64,000 nucleotides of DNA, taken from a phage. Positions 43,674 to 53,772 of the stretch are shown piece by piece (positions within the stretch are counted from its first letter, which is position 1; every line of letters begins with the position of its first letter). The notes under the pieces were generated by a model. It was given only the letters and a program-made list of their open reading frames with translations, searched no databases and had not been told where the DNA came from. The translations under genes and the position numbers were made by a program. The DNA is taken from the NCBI GenBank assembly GCA_025830695.1, contig GCA_025830695.1_4111.2. The stretch is one strand, 5' to 3'.

Positions 43674-44144
43674 ATGAGTTTAGAAAGAGCATTAGAGATT
43701 GCGAAGTTAATTGATTTATGCAGCAAAGAAATTGTAGCAAATTGTCTTAATGGATATCTATTCAAGGAAGGTAAATCATATTGTCGAATGAGATACGATG
43801 ACAGTAGTGAGTACATTCACATGTATGAAGAAAACTTAGATTCTTCTGAAACAACACTCAATGGGTGTGATGTTAATTTGGAAGATAATTACATGTACTT
43901 CTGTCGTGATGCTGATATTTTAATACAAGATTCTGACATTATATCTGGTGCAGCAGAGAAACATCTTCCGTATTCAGTACTGGATAATGACTGGGGAAGT
44001 GAAGAGTACTACTTCCAGCAGAATACTATCTACGAGGAAGATGTACTTGACAAGCTTGTCATTCTGTGGTACTTTAATAATACAGATTGTCCTAGCTTCT
44101 ATTTGGACTTGGATCTACTACGAGTTATTAAAGAGGATATATGA
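43674..44144 (+). CDS. family C paralog (same subfamily)
   Basis: WGSEEYYFQQNTIYEED. Confidence 0.65.
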   Translation: MSLERALEIAKLIDLCSKEIVANCLNGYLFKEGKSYCRMRYDDSSEYIHMYEENLDSSETTLNGCDVNLEDNYMYFCRDADILIQDSDIISGAAEKHLPYSVLDNDWGSEEYYFQQNTIYEEDVLDKLVILWYFNNTDCPSFYLDLDLLRVIKEDI

Positions 44145-44584
44145 GTTTAGCAAGTGCACTTGAACTAGCACACAGAATACATCACTTCCACGATAACATA
44201 AAAAGTGGTTTCTATGGTGATAAAGTAAGTGCATTTGGTAATGAGTATTATCTATCAGGTATAAAGACATACTCTGATGATATTTTACTTATGGGTCATG
44301 ATAAAGACAATACTATACAGTACTCTTCATGTAGTCAATATACTAATTTTTTTGTATATATTCCAGGTACTAAGATTACTTTTGACACAACAAATACACC
44401 TGTTGACTTCGGGGTACTTGATGGCCCGTGGGGTACTGAAGAGTATTACTTCCAACAGAGTCTCATTTTTAACCAAGAAAATCTTGATTCCTTGGTTGTG
44501 TTGTGGTACTTTAAGGAATTGAATTTTGAACCATTCTTTCTTGACTGGGGAGCATGTGAATATTTAAGTACAGGGGATTTGTAA
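44141..44584 (+). CDS. family C paralog (same subfamily)
   Basis: WGTEEYYFQQSLIFNQ. Confidence 0.65.
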   Translation: MSLASALELAHRIHHFHDNIKSGFYGDKVSAFGNEYYLSGIKTYSDDILLMGHDKDNTIQYSSCSQYTNFFVYIPGTKITFDTTNTPVDFGVLDGPWGTEEYYFQQSLIFNQENLDSLVVLWYFKELNFEPFFLDWGACEYLSTGDL

Positions 44585-45072
44585 TGTCATTACAAAGTGC
44601 ATTGAAAGAAGCAAAGAAGATTCATGAGTACATGATTATGGTACAGGAAGGTTCAGTACCAGGTGTATATAAAACATCTGATACTGAATTTTTTGTAAAA
44701 GACCGTGACGATTATGACGAGTCCGAGATATGTGCAGAAACATTAGTACTGCACACTGATACTGGTGACAGTGATAACTGTGAATATCATATGTACAATC
44801 AGTACATTAGTTATTGCCGTAATGAAGATATTACCATCTACAACACAGATAGTGATGCTGATGACACTATCATTCCTTATTCAGTACTGGAAGGTCCGTG
44901 GGATAGTGAAGAGTATTACTTCCAGAATACTACGTTGTACAATGAAGAAGAATTAGATGTTATTGTAATTATGTGGTATTTCAAAAGTATTGACTCCAGT
45001 AGTTTCTATTTTGATTATGAATATGTAGAGAATACTGTAGGAGAAGGTAATGTCATTACAAAGTGCTCTTGA
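44584..45072 (+). CDS. family C paralog (same subfamily)
   Basis: WDSEEYYFQNTTLYNEE. Confidence 0.65.
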   Translation: MSLQSALKEAKKIHEYMIMVQEGSVPGVYKTSDTEFFVKDRDDYDESEICAETLVLHTDTGDSDNCEYHMYNQYISYCRNEDITIYNTDSDADDTIIPYSVLEGPWDSEEYYFQNTTLYNEEELDVIVIMWYFKSIDSSSFYFDYEYVENTVGEGNVITKCS

Positions 45073-45502
45073 AAAAGCAAAAGAACTACATGGATACTTT
45101 GACGATATAAAGGCAGGAAAGTTCAAAGAAGTGTACAAAGCCGAGAACGGCAACTACTACAAAGATGAAATGTATAATAACTCCGTGGGTGTAAGGGTTA
45201 TTCTTGGGTTGAATTCCAATAGTCCTATATCGTTTTCTGAATACAATAGAGATGCAGAATTTATTAGTTATGTTGAAAATGGTAGCATTCGTTTTATTAA
45301 TCGCAAAAAACCATTAATTTTGAATTATGAAGTACTGGATGGTCCGTGGGATAGTGAAGAGTATTACTTCCAAAACAGTACTGTTTACGATGATGAAGTA
45401 CTTGAAGCATTAGTTATTATGTGGTACTTAAAGAGTGTTAACTGTCCTCGATTTTATTTGGATTTCGAAGAACTTCGTAAAGATCCAGAAGGTATAGAAT
45501 GA
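45050..45502 (+). CDS. family C paralog (same subfamily)
   Basis: WDSEEYYFQNSTVYDDE. Confidence 0.65.
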   Translation: MSLQSALEKAKELHGYFDDIKAGKFKEVYKAENGNYYKDEMYNNSVGVRVILGLNSNSPISFSEYNRDAEFISYVENGSIRFINRKKPLILNYEVLDGPWDSEEYYFQNSTVYDDEVLEALVIMWYLKSVNCPRFYLDFEELRKDPEGIE

Positions 45503-45813
45503 AAAACTTATTCAGTGTTCAGTACGTCCCTGGTGAAATTAGTTTATTGTATCTGTTTGATCATGATAATTCATTATTACTAGTAGTAAAGAAATGCCAA
45601 GCTAGTTCGTTTGTTGAATACATTCACGATAGTGAATATATACCTGATTTTTTAGAGTGTGATTATTACGATGAACATGAATCATTTATTTTCCAGGAAT
45701 CGCTCGTATGGGATAAATCGATCAACTTCTTTACGTTAATTGAATTACAAAAGCAGGTGAAGTATCATTGGAATTACTTAATCACACAGGATTACATTGA
45801 GATAGAAATATAA
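45499..45813 (+). CDS. family C paralog
   Basis: HESFIFQESLVWD. Confidence 0.55.
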   Translation: MKNLFSVQYVPGEISLLYLFDHDNSLLLVVKKCQASSFVEYIHDSEYIPDFLECDYYDEHESFIFQESLVWDKSINFFTLIELQKQVKYHWNYLITQDYIEIEI

Positions 45814-46121
45814 TGACTAAAAATGAATTTGATTCACTTTGTACGGTTTATAATTCATTGACAGAAATACCTGACTTTATTAATTACATTTCAGCTTTAA
45901 ATCAAATTATGCATAGTTTTGAACAATCGTTTGAAGAGAAATATGCTGGTAGAAAAGTTCTATGTCATATGTCAATGTACTTAGGAGATGGTGAGCCTTA
46001 CACTACAAGTACTACATGTGAAATAAAAAAATATAATATATTATTGGGGACAATAGAATTCACAGTATCCAATGGTGGTAGTTATATGTACTTTAGAGAT
46101 GGAGTGGTTGAATTATTATGA
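45813..46121 (+). CDS. hypothetical protein (102 aa), motif not evident
   Basis: ORF track. Confidence 0.45.
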   Translation: MTKNEFDSLCTVYNSLTEIPDFINYISALNQIMHSFEQSFEEKYAGRKVLCHMSMYLGDGEPYTTSTTCEIKKYNILLGTIEFTVSNGGSYMYFRDGVVELL

Positions 46122-46567
46122 GTTACGAAAGTGCAATCAAGAAAGCAAATGATATTCTACGCGTCGTTAAATTCTTCAAAGAAAATCCTGAATACTTAGC
46201 TGATGAAAACCATGATCACGATGAGAGATTGAGACGAAAAATTGTCGCTTTATTTGACACTAATGCGGATAATTATAGTCTAATTGAGTTAGCATACGAT
46301 TATATTTCATTGAACCGAAACGGCAATATAGTTAATATAGAAAGACATGCAACTGAAGAATCTTTTAAAATTTCAGATATTTTATCCCTGAGTACTGAAG
46401 AAGGGTACTTCCAGGGTAGTACTGTTTATGAACAAGGAACACTTGACAATCTATGCACATTCAGTGTAATATATCAGAAATCTGTACTAGATGTATTTTA
46501 TCTTGACACTGCTGAACTGGATACACTAACCAATTTTGTTACTACTGAAGAGGCTACATTCGAGTGA
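46118..46567 (+). CDS. family C paralog
   Basis: STEEGYFQGSTVYEQ. Confidence 0.6.
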   Translation: MSYESAIKKANDILRVVKFFKENPEYLADENHDHDERLRRKIVALFDTNADNYSLIELAYDYISLNRNGNIVNIERHATEESFKISDILSLSTEEGYFQGSTVYEQGTLDNLCTFSVIYQKSVLDVFYLDTAELDTLTNFVTTEEATFE

Positions 46568-47100
46568 TGAAAGTTAACATCAATGACTTTGATGCATTAC
46601 AAGATTTATCAAAAAAGATTCGCACCATTGTACCAGTACTCAAAAAATGCAGTACTGGTTTAATCGATCCTAGTACTGTTGTTAATGAGAAGTACAATTT
46701 TCATTATGTATTACAGGGTACTGGGGCATTCCAGAAGTGTGAGGTGCGTGAGACACACGTAATTGATACATCATTGTTTTCTATTGGTGCACCTGTGTCG
46801 AATAATACTATTTTCCTAGACAACGCTGGAAATATTCAACAATTAACATTTAAGAAAAGGAAAAAGAACAATAACATTGGTGTGTATGCGATGAAGTGGG
46901 GTCAACCTGATTTGAAGCGTGAAATTCACATCCCTAAGTACAATTACAATGCATTTGACGAACAGTGTTTTCAACTATCGTGTACTGACCCTGACTATGC
47001 TATCATTCAGTTCTATATGGAATTGCAGATTGCATTTAACAGTAATTTGTATATTAACTTATTGGCGATGAACATCGATGAAGTATTCAAAAACATTTAA
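46564..47100 (+). CDS. family C-like paralog (degenerate motif)
   Basis: FDEQCFQLSCTD. Confidence 0.5.
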   Translation: MMKVNINDFDALQDLSKKIRTIVPVLKKCSTGLIDPSTVVNEKYNFHYVLQGTGAFQKCEVRETHVIDTSLFSIGAPVSNNTIFLDNAGNIQQLTFKKRKKNNNIGVYAMKWGQPDLKREIHIPKYNYNAFDEQCFQLSCTDPDYAIIQFYMELQIAFNSNLYINLLAMNIDEVFKNI

Positions 47101-47296
47101 TCGAATTGAATACATGAGAACTGTGAGTGCAGTGTGGGACATATGGTTCACTACTAAACCAAAAATGGATTACCATGACTTTAAGCTCTTGTTCTTCGTT
47201 GGCTCTAACAAACAGGATGTTGCAATGAAGGGTTATATTCAGCACTTACAGGAACTAATCCAGAAGAGAATATATGAAAATAATAGACCAAAATGA
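47078..47296 (+). CDS. family B paralog interleaved in family C array
   Basis: FVGSNKQDVAM. Confidence 0.5.
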   Translation: MKYSKTFNRIEYMRTVSAVWDIWFTTKPKMDYHDFKLLFFVGSNKQDVAMKGYIQHLQELIQKRIYENNRPK

Positions 47297-47465
47297 TATT
47301 GCTAAACTATTCAATATATATTCTACTAGAATGATGCAAACAGACTCATATAGTACTGAATTCAAAGAGTTGAAAGTCCTGATGTACTTGGGAACCCAAT
47401 ATCAGGAACAAGTTATTTTGGAATATATTAATTCGCTGAAGAAGGATATCCGTTATGTACGATGA
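47274..47465 (+). CDS. family B paralog interleaved in family C array
   Basis: YLGTQYQEQVI. Confidence 0.55.
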   Translation: MKIIDQNDIAKLFNIYSTRMMQTDSYSTEFKELKVLMYLGTQYQEQVILEYINSLKKDIRYVR

Positions 47466-48015
47466 TTTAGATCTTGCGTTTGAACGTATGGTAATTTTAA
47501 TGCAATGTGCAGAAATGCATGAAACAATCCGTCGCACCAAAGGGATTGAATATACAAGTAAACTATTCTCATACGAAAGTCGTCGAGGGATGGATCATTT
47601 TTACTGCACTGATTGTTCAAAGTTTTCAGTACTGAAATATTATCATCCTACTGTTTCCAATAATAGTTTAATATCCACATATGACGGTGATCTGTTTAGT
47701 GTAATGTATGACACATTACATCCATCAATTTCAATCTATAAAGATTGCGATAGTAGTTTATCGTATATAATTGAAGATTACTTATCTCCTAATACTGAAG
47801 AGAATATTTTTCAGAACAGTGTGTTGCATGATGAATTAAGTATAAAATGCATCTATATGTTCAATAAGTTAAAAGAGTACGCCGATAATAATTACTTAAT
47901 TGATAAGTTAGCAGTATTGTCTGTTTCCGTTTTTAATACAAATGACATTGATATGAAATACTATAATGAGATTTGTAAAGTACATCATATGTATAAGGAA
48001 TTACTATGTTATTAA
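47455..48015 (+). CDS. family C paralog
   Basis: TEENIFQNSVLHD. Confidence 0.55.
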   Translation: MYDDLDLAFERMVILMQCAEMHETIRRTKGIEYTSKLFSYESRRGMDHFYCTDCSKFSVLKYYHPTVSNNSLISTYDGDLFSVMYDTLHPSISIYKDCDSSLSYIIEDYLSPNTEENIFQNSVLHDELSIKCIYMFNKLKEYADNNYLIDKLAVLSVSVFNTNDIDMKYYNEICKVHHMYKELLCY

Positions 48016-48608
48016 ATGCAAATAAATGTTGTAGTGCAGATGTGCATTTGTTTTTTAAGAAATTAGTAAATGATATTATCTATATGCAAGAAATCATTTA
48101 TCACAAAAGAATGGACTTAGAAAAAGCATTAGTTCAGTTCTCTTTTATGCTGGATGGGATTATTACTCTAGATGGTGATGGATTGCGTATAGCATTTGAC
48201 GGTAATTCAAATAGGGTTTTCTATTGGATGAATAATAAATTATGTTCCTCAATTTGCCGCACTTTTTATAACCCTATTTCGGACTTATATCAATTGGTGT
48301 ATTCTAAAGGTGCAGTAGAAGCATCATATGGTGATAGTTATGCCCTAGGAAAGAGTATTCCATATATGCAATCATTTGATATTGAATTAGTCAGTACTGA
48401 TGAAGATGCAATGTTCACAAATGATTTAACGATGGAACGTGAATCTGCAATGAGATATATTACAAATTCTATGCATACATTCTTTCAACGAGTAGAATTT
48501 GATAATGTATATATAGCAAATGTAAATATTTTTACTGACCTGTGTCAGTACTTGAGAAGTGTTTGTGATTTTGATGAAAGCTATTGTAAGCTTTATACTG
48601 AGGTATAA
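48006..48608 (+). CDS. family C-like paralog (degenerate motif)
   Basis: DEDAMFTNDLTME. Confidence 0.45.
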   Translation: MLLNANKCCSADVHLFFKKLVNDIIYMQEIIYHKRMDLEKALVQFSFMLDGIITLDGDGLRIAFDGNSNRVFYWMNNKLCSSICRTFYNPISDLYQLVYSKGAVEASYGDSYALGKSIPYMQSFDIELVSTDEDAMFTNDLTMERESAMRYITNSMHTFFQRVEFDNVYIANVNIFTDLCQYLRSVCDFDESYCKLYTEV

Positions 48609-48613
48609 AACAA

Positions 48614-48976
48614 ATGAACACATTAAGTATTACATACTATACAACTAAAAAATTAGTTACTTGTTTAATATCATTGAAGACAAACCATGATGATATGTTT
48701 GATATGGCTGCATATGAATTAGAATTATCAGAAGATGGCTTCAAGAGCTATGAAGTATATAGCTATGTTCGTGAAGATGTAATTGACACTACACTAATGC
48801 AAGAGGATGAGTTATTCCAAGAAAGTTTAGTATGGGATAATAAGTACGATTGTAACTTTGATTTCTTATGTTTAATCCAGAAAGAAATGAAAAGAATCTT
48901 TGATAATTATCCAGTGAAGAGATTGAGTACTGGACCGGAGCAGTACAGGAGAATTTTATTCCGTTATGAAGACTGA
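48614..48976 (+). CDS. family C paralog
   Basis: QEDELFQESLVWDNKY. Confidence 0.6.
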   Translation: MNTLSITYYTTKKLVTCLISLKTNHDDMFDMAAYELELSEDGFKSYEVYSYVREDVIDTTLMQEDELFQESLVWDNKYDCNFDFLCLIQKEMKRIFDNYPVKRLSTGPEQYRRILFRYED

Positions 48977-49301
48977 ATTAGTGAAAGTAATGTACGCTAC
49001 TCATATTAAACTACTACTTGTGAAATTTGATTATAATAAAAAACATAATGATTTCTATACTTTAATTCGTGATGAAAATACATTCTCCTTGCGATGCAAT
49101 AATATACCGTTGAAGATAAATGATTTTACTTCACTTGACGAGGGTGAATTATTTCAAGAATCATTAGTTTTTAATAGTAATATAAAAATTGATATAGAAG
49201 TTATTAAAAAATACCAGATTTTATTGAACAAAATTATGAATTGTTATCCATGTGAAATAGGTGGTCATATGCAGTTCAAATCAAAAATGTATGAATTATG
49301 A
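48966..49301 (+). CDS. family C paralog
   Basis: LDEGELFQESLVFN. Confidence 0.6.
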   Translation: MKTELVKVMYATHIKLLLVKFDYNKKHNDFYTLIRDENTFSLRCNNIPLKINDFTSLDEGELFQESLVFNSNIKIDIEVIKKYQILLNKIMNCYPCEIGGHMQFKSKMYEL

Positions 49302-49308
49302 GGTTTAT

Positions 49309-49845
49309 ATGTTAGATAAAAAAATGAACTCTGGAACCCAATATAATCATCTTAAGTTGGATACATTCGAATCAGCTATCAGTACAGCACAAGATATAAT
49401 TGATATTATCAAGTTCATTAAAGAAGATAAGTTCAAATGTTTGAAAATACTAAATCGTTCAATGTACCGTGATAAAAATATTCATGTATCAGTACGTAGA
49501 CCGAAAGATCAAGAAAGTGGGAGAGATTTCTATAACAACAGTGAGCAGTTCGAATGTGAATATGATCCAGAATTCAGAGGCGGTTTCATGTGTTACAGTA
49601 TAAAGGATACCTCACACATTGAGATACGTTCATCGAAAGGTGGCATACGTACATTAGAGTTCATTGATATAGTTTTAAATCAGGAATACTACTTTCAACT
49701 ATCATTATTGTTTCCTGCATACGATTTAGGAGTTCTATTCATGTATAAGTACTTTCATGAGCACTGGAATGAAGACTTCTATCTGGACTTAGAAGATTAC
49801 CAATTAGTTTGGAAAGAAATGGTAGAACTTCGCAATCCCTCTTGA
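49309..49845 (+). CDS. family C paralog
   Basis: track ORF trimmed to MLDKKMNSG (SD GAGG); NQEYYFQLSLLF. Confidence 0.5.
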   Translation: MLDKKMNSGTQYNHLKLDTFESAISTAQDIIDIIKFIKEDKFKCLKILNRSMYRDKNIHVSVRRPKDQESGRDFYNNSEQFECEYDPEFRGGFMCYSIKDTSHIEIRSSKGGIRTLEFIDIVLNQEYYFQLSLLFPAYDLGVLFMYKYFHEHWNEDFYLDLEDYQLVWKEMVELRNPS

Positions 49846-49894
49846 CACCCACCGATTCTTTGTGATATAATCCCTTTATATTAATTGTAAAGGG
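49842..49894 (+). promoter_or_regulatory. internal promoter + hairpin in family C array
   Basis: TTGACA 49842-49847, 18 bp, TGATATAAT 49863-49871, hairpin CCCTTTA...TAAAGGG. Confidence 0.55.
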
Positions 49895-49904
49895 TTATAA
49901 CACA

Positions 49905-50381
49905 ATGTCCAACGAACTCACATTCACCAATGCACAAAAAATAGCAAAAGACATTATCAGGGTTTATAAATTCCTTGCGAATGTTACTGAAGATTTTTCC
50001 GTGGGGGAACATAAAGTTATTAAACGAAATGGATACCTTTCATTTATGGATGGGTTACTCTATAGTTCAGATGAATCAACTTGTAGCATTAGAGTTCTTG
50101 ATGAAGTACCAAGTGGTGATTTTATTTCATACCATTTTCCAAGTTCAGATAATTTCAAATACTACAATCATCTTCTTATAAATGAAGCATTTAATACGAT
50201 TGTAATTAACACTGAAGAAGAGTTCTTCCAGTACAGTACTGTGTATCCAGAGAGGATTGTTTTCAGTTCAGTGATTTACACTGCCCTTAAAAATGAACTA
50301 AATTCCGATAGTGATCATTTCTACTTGGACCTGAACAATGTCGATTGTATTATTGAGTACATGGAGAAAAATGGTTTATGA
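49905..50381 (+). CDS. family C paralog
   Basis: TEEEFFQYSTVYPE. Confidence 0.6.
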   Translation: MSNELTFTNAQKIAKDIIRVYKFLANVTEDFSVGEHKVIKRNGYLSFMDGLLYSSDESTCSIRVLDEVPSGDFISYHFPSSDNFKYYNHLLINEAFNTIVINTEEEFFQYSTVYPERIVFSSVIYTALKNELNSDSDHFYLDLNNVDCIIEYMEKNGL

Positions 50382-50872
50382 TTACTACAGAATATGATTA
50401 CTATGGTGTTTTAGAATTTACAGAAAATATCTATCGCATTGCAAAGGAGTTCAGAAGTCCTAAGCCTTTTGGTGGTATGTTTCAATACGATGAGTTCAGT
50501 TCATCTAAAGGAAGACTTGCATTTACTAATGTTAGAGGTAATCAAATCTACGCGGAGTACTTTGATGATAATGACTTTCATTACAAAGCCGAATACATTT
50601 CATATTGCCCTGGGTCTGATTTGAAGATTAATATTGATACATTTAGAGATTCAGTGCTTGTCCCTTATAGTGAGTTAGTTTTCATGACAGAAGAAATGTA
50701 CTTTCAAGAGTCTTGTATTCATGATGTAAAAGTACTTAATGCTATGTTATTTTATGGTGCACTACTTCATCATTACAAATACAATCAACGATTCTTTTTA
50801 GATTTAGTAGTATACTATAAATGTGTGGATTATTTGAATGCAAAATACGACAACAATTCAGTACATGACTGA
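50378..50872 (+). CDS. family C paralog
   Basis: TEEMYFQESCIHD. Confidence 0.6.
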   Translation: MITTEYDYYGVLEFTENIYRIAKEFRSPKPFGGMFQYDEFSSSKGRLAFTNVRGNQIYAEYFDDNDFHYKAEYISYCPGSDLKINIDTFRDSVLVPYSELVFMTEEMYFQESCIHDVKVLNAMLFYGALLHHYKYNQRFFLDLVVYYKCVDYLNAKYDNNSVHD

Positions 50873-51200
50873 TGGTTCTGAATACTTTGTTTCAAGATAT
50901 GTAATCACACACAACCATTATGTAACCTATATTCCAGAGTACAATCAATTTTATATTCAGATTTATCAAAATAATGGAAAGATAAATGATATATATTCAG
51001 AAATAAAAATCCCTGATTATAGTACTTTATCAGAAGAGGAATTGTTTCAGGAGAACACTATAAGTACTGAAGATGTGTACGAAATAATGGAATACCAGAA
51101 GGTACTTAAACATTTTCATGAAGCAAATGATATACAAATAGATATTGTTAAACCGTGGTGTTACAATACATATGAGGTAAATTATGTTAGAAATGATTAA
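50865..51200 (+). CDS. family C paralog
   Basis: track ORF trimmed to MTDGSEYF; SEEELFQENTIS. Confidence 0.5.
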   Translation: MTDGSEYFVSRYVITHNHYVTYIPEYNQFYIQIYQNNGKINDIYSEIKIPDYSTLSEEELFQENTISTEDVYEIMEYQKVLKHFHEANDIQIDIVKPWCYNTYEVNYVRND

Positions 51201-51597
51201 AATTATGCAACGCTGTCTTGTTGATCAACACGGGGTATATGGATATCGTTTAAGTGCTCCTATTGACAAAAATAAAACAACCTATGTAAGCTATAATGCT
51301 GTACATGGATTTGATATATTCATTGATGCCAACAATAAAATCAAACAAGCTAAGGATGTGTCTATAATGACCCCTGATGAGTTATTCCAGTACAGCTTAG
51401 TTCTTCCTACATGTATCGATTTACAACGTCTAGGAGCGATACAGAAGGTTTTACGCGAACATAAAGTACAACCCAATAAAGTCACACACATTCCAGAAAC
51501 AATCTTCAAAACCATAGAAGTAGAAACTCCTGATTATATGTTAAGTGATGATGAGTACTACGAGAAACACTTCCCTGGTAAAGTTTGGAGAGACTAA
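51184..51597 (+). CDS. family C paralog
   Basis: TPDELFQYSLVLP. Confidence 0.6.
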   Translation: MLEMIKIMQRCLVDQHGVYGYRLSAPIDKNKTTYVSYNAVHGFDIFIDANNKIKQAKDVSIMTPDELFQYSLVLPTCIDLQRLGAIQKVLREHKVQPNKVTHIPETIFKTIEVETPDYMLSDDEYYEKHFPGKVWRD

Positions 51598-52088
51598 TGA
51601 ACCGAAAGTACAGAGAAACTATGAAGTTCGCTAAGGAGTGTTTAGAAGTGTTTGAGTTCATCAATGCTCATAAAGATTTACTCCATAGATACATTGCAAT
51701 CAGTGAGACAGATGACCATAGGTACATATGTTCTCGAATTCAAGATAAGATATATAAGATTGTGTTCTCGGAAACATACACAGATACATCTAATTCACTA
51801 TATGATTTTGCACGTACTGATTACGTTTCATACAAATCTTGGTCTGATAGTATTAAAATTGTGCACAAGCAAAATACATTTTATTCTTTTCTTACGGACA
51901 TTTCCGAAGAAAGTTACTTTCAAAACAGTTTAATTTATACAGAAAAAGAACTCAAAATGTTATTCATAATGTCGTACTTTAAAAAGTACTGCAAATTTAA
52001 TACATTATCTTTTGAGATTTCTGCAATGAAAGTATTCATTAAAAATGTAAAAGAATTAAAGAGGGCTTTTAATGTACATAGAAAATGA
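51585..52088 (+). CDS. family C paralog
   Basis: SEESYFQNSLIYTE. Confidence 0.6.
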   Translation: MERLMNRKYRETMKFAKECLEVFEFINAHKDLLHRYIAISETDDHRYICSRIQDKIYKIVFSETYTDTSNSLYDFARTDYVSYKSWSDSIKIVHKQNTFYSFLTDISEESYFQNSLIYTEKELKMLFIMSYFKKYCKFNTLSFEISAMKVFIKNVKELKRAFNVHRK

Positions 52089-52614
52089 GAATGTAAAATG
52101 CATTACTGACATTTGTATAAAATTAATGAAAATTTTCATTAACCCAAAATACAAGACTCGTTCTTTACGTCATAATATTGATGAGCATTGTACCATTAAT
52201 ATACTAGGTAGTATTCTTGATGTAAAATATGATGGTAAAATGTTATTCGGTATAAGAGAAGAGAAGATAGATGATGCATTCTTTTCTTCTAAAGATAAAT
52301 TTGAACCTTCTGATTATAAAGTGATTATTCGTGATGATAGCATCTATATTAGTAGTGATTATTCAAATTACTTCGATAAAATATACACTGAAAACGTTGA
52401 CTACCATTATGAAATGATTGATTTACCAGTAACAGACATTGATATGGAGAGAATCAAATTTTCATTATCAGATAATGAGTACTTAGGTATACAAACATAT
52501 TATTCACTACAAGGAAAGATTCCACCTGCTATGTATATAAGGATTGAGATTGGTAATGTATTCAATGATAAGGTTATATCAATTGCTGATAAAATATTGG
52601 GGGTTGAATTATGA
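52072..52614 (+). CDS. family C-like paralog (degenerate motif)
   Basis: ORF track; tandem position. Confidence 0.45.
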   Translation: MYIENENVKCITDICIKLMKIFINPKYKTRSLRHNIDEHCTINILGSILDVKYDGKMLFGIREEKIDDAFFSSKDKFEPSDYKVIIRDDSIYISSDYSNYFDKIYTENVDYHYEMIDLPVTDIDMERIKFSLSDNEYLGIQTYYSLQGKIPPAMYIRIEIGNVFNDKVISIADKILGVEL

Positions 52615-53174
52615 ATATCAATGATTACCAATTTCATAGGCTTGAATTTCGTCATTGTGTTGCATTTGCAAAAACATTGATGTGCATCATTGACACTCTT
52701 TCATCCAAACAATTTCGTAAGGATAATGATTTATTTCTGAAAAAAGGTCGTGTAACATCATCCGATATCTGTGTTGAACTATTTGTTGATATCAGTGTTG
52801 ATACCGGAGACAGTACAAGGGTTGGTTGTATAGGTCATATTGGTACACATTGCTTCACATGGAATCCAAATACAAGTCAAGTACGAATTGATTATAGAAA
52901 TTCACGTTGGGTTGATCTTAGTACTGAATCCGATTTAGAATCAGCTATGTTCCAGCTAAGTTTAATTCACAATCCTAATGAACTTCTTTACATTATTACT
53001 TTCAGTTATCTGTTACAAAACTACGATAAACCATCAGGGTTTTTCATAGAATCGGATATAGAAGAAATTATGGAAGAGTTTCCTAGTTTAAAGGATATTC
53101 TGGAAGAAAAAGATTTCTATGAAGACTTCAGAGATTTATACGACATGCACTTGGAGTTATTTAAGAATGGATAA
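52611..53174 (+). CDS. family C paralog
   Basis: LESAMFQLSLIHN. Confidence 0.55.
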   Translation: MNINDYQFHRLEFRHCVAFAKTLMCIIDTLSSKQFRKDNDLFLKKGRVTSSDICVELFVDISVDTGDSTRVGCIGHIGTHCFTWNPNTSQVRIDYRNSRWVDLSTESDLESAMFQLSLIHNPNELLYIITFSYLLQNYDKPSGFFIESDIEEIMEEFPSLKDILEEKDFYEDFRDLYDMHLELFKNG

Positions 53175-53685
53175 AGATGATATTCTAATTAGACTAATTA
53201 ATAGTTTAATAAAGTTCTCAAATAATGATGTCGATACATACAAAGTGGGGGATATTGAATTTAAATCATTTGGTATGTACGGTGAGGATAAAACATATTA
53301 TGCGTCAATGAAATTTCAAGATTTTCACGAGATGTTAATATCGTTATCATATGAAGATGTTGATCCAAGATGGAGTTCCAGTATTTCACTATCGAGAATG
53401 GTAATTCGTAGTAAGCATCGTTATATTTCGTCAAAGAATACTCCTAACTTGATTAATATTGTGTTGAATGAAAATACAAATCCCCTATCTAAACATGATA
53501 TCGTACCGTTAACCGATGAAGTTCTTTTTCAATTGAGTACCATTTGTGATGAAGATGTGATATCATGTATGAAAATTTATGAGAAGGTTGGGAGTGATAT
53601 TCCCATGAACTATTACCTAACTATAGATGGAACGTACCTTCGAGATGAGGTTCTAGCGTACATTGACAGTGTTTTACCAAAATAA
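53170..53685 (+). CDS. family C paralog
   Basis: track ORF trimmed to MDKDDILIR; TDEVLFQLSTICDED. Confidence 0.5.
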   Translation, partial: DKDDILIRLINSLIKFSNNDVDTYKVGDIEFKSFGMYGEDKTYYASMKFQDFHEMLISLSYEDVDPRWSSSISLSRMVIRSKHRYISSKNTPNLINIVLNENTNPLSKHDIVPLTDEVLFQLSTICDEDVISCMKIYEKVGSDIPMNYYLTIDGTYLRDEVLAYIDSVLPK

Positions 53686-53708
53686 AGACCCGTATGGGTC
53701 TTTTTGTG
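53686..53708 (+). terminator. rho-independent terminator
   Basis: AGACCC-GTAT-GGGTCT then TTTTTGTGTTT. Confidence 0.65.
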
Positions 53709-53716
53709 TTTATGGC

Positions 53717-53745
53717 TTTACAAGAGCATTCAGGTGTGTTATACT
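53717..53745 (+). promoter_or_regulatory. internal promoter in family C array
   Basis: TTTACA 53717-53722, 17 bp, TATACT 53740-53745. Confidence 0.5.
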
Positions 53746-53772
53746 TGATTTTAACTAGAGTTGGAGGAATCT

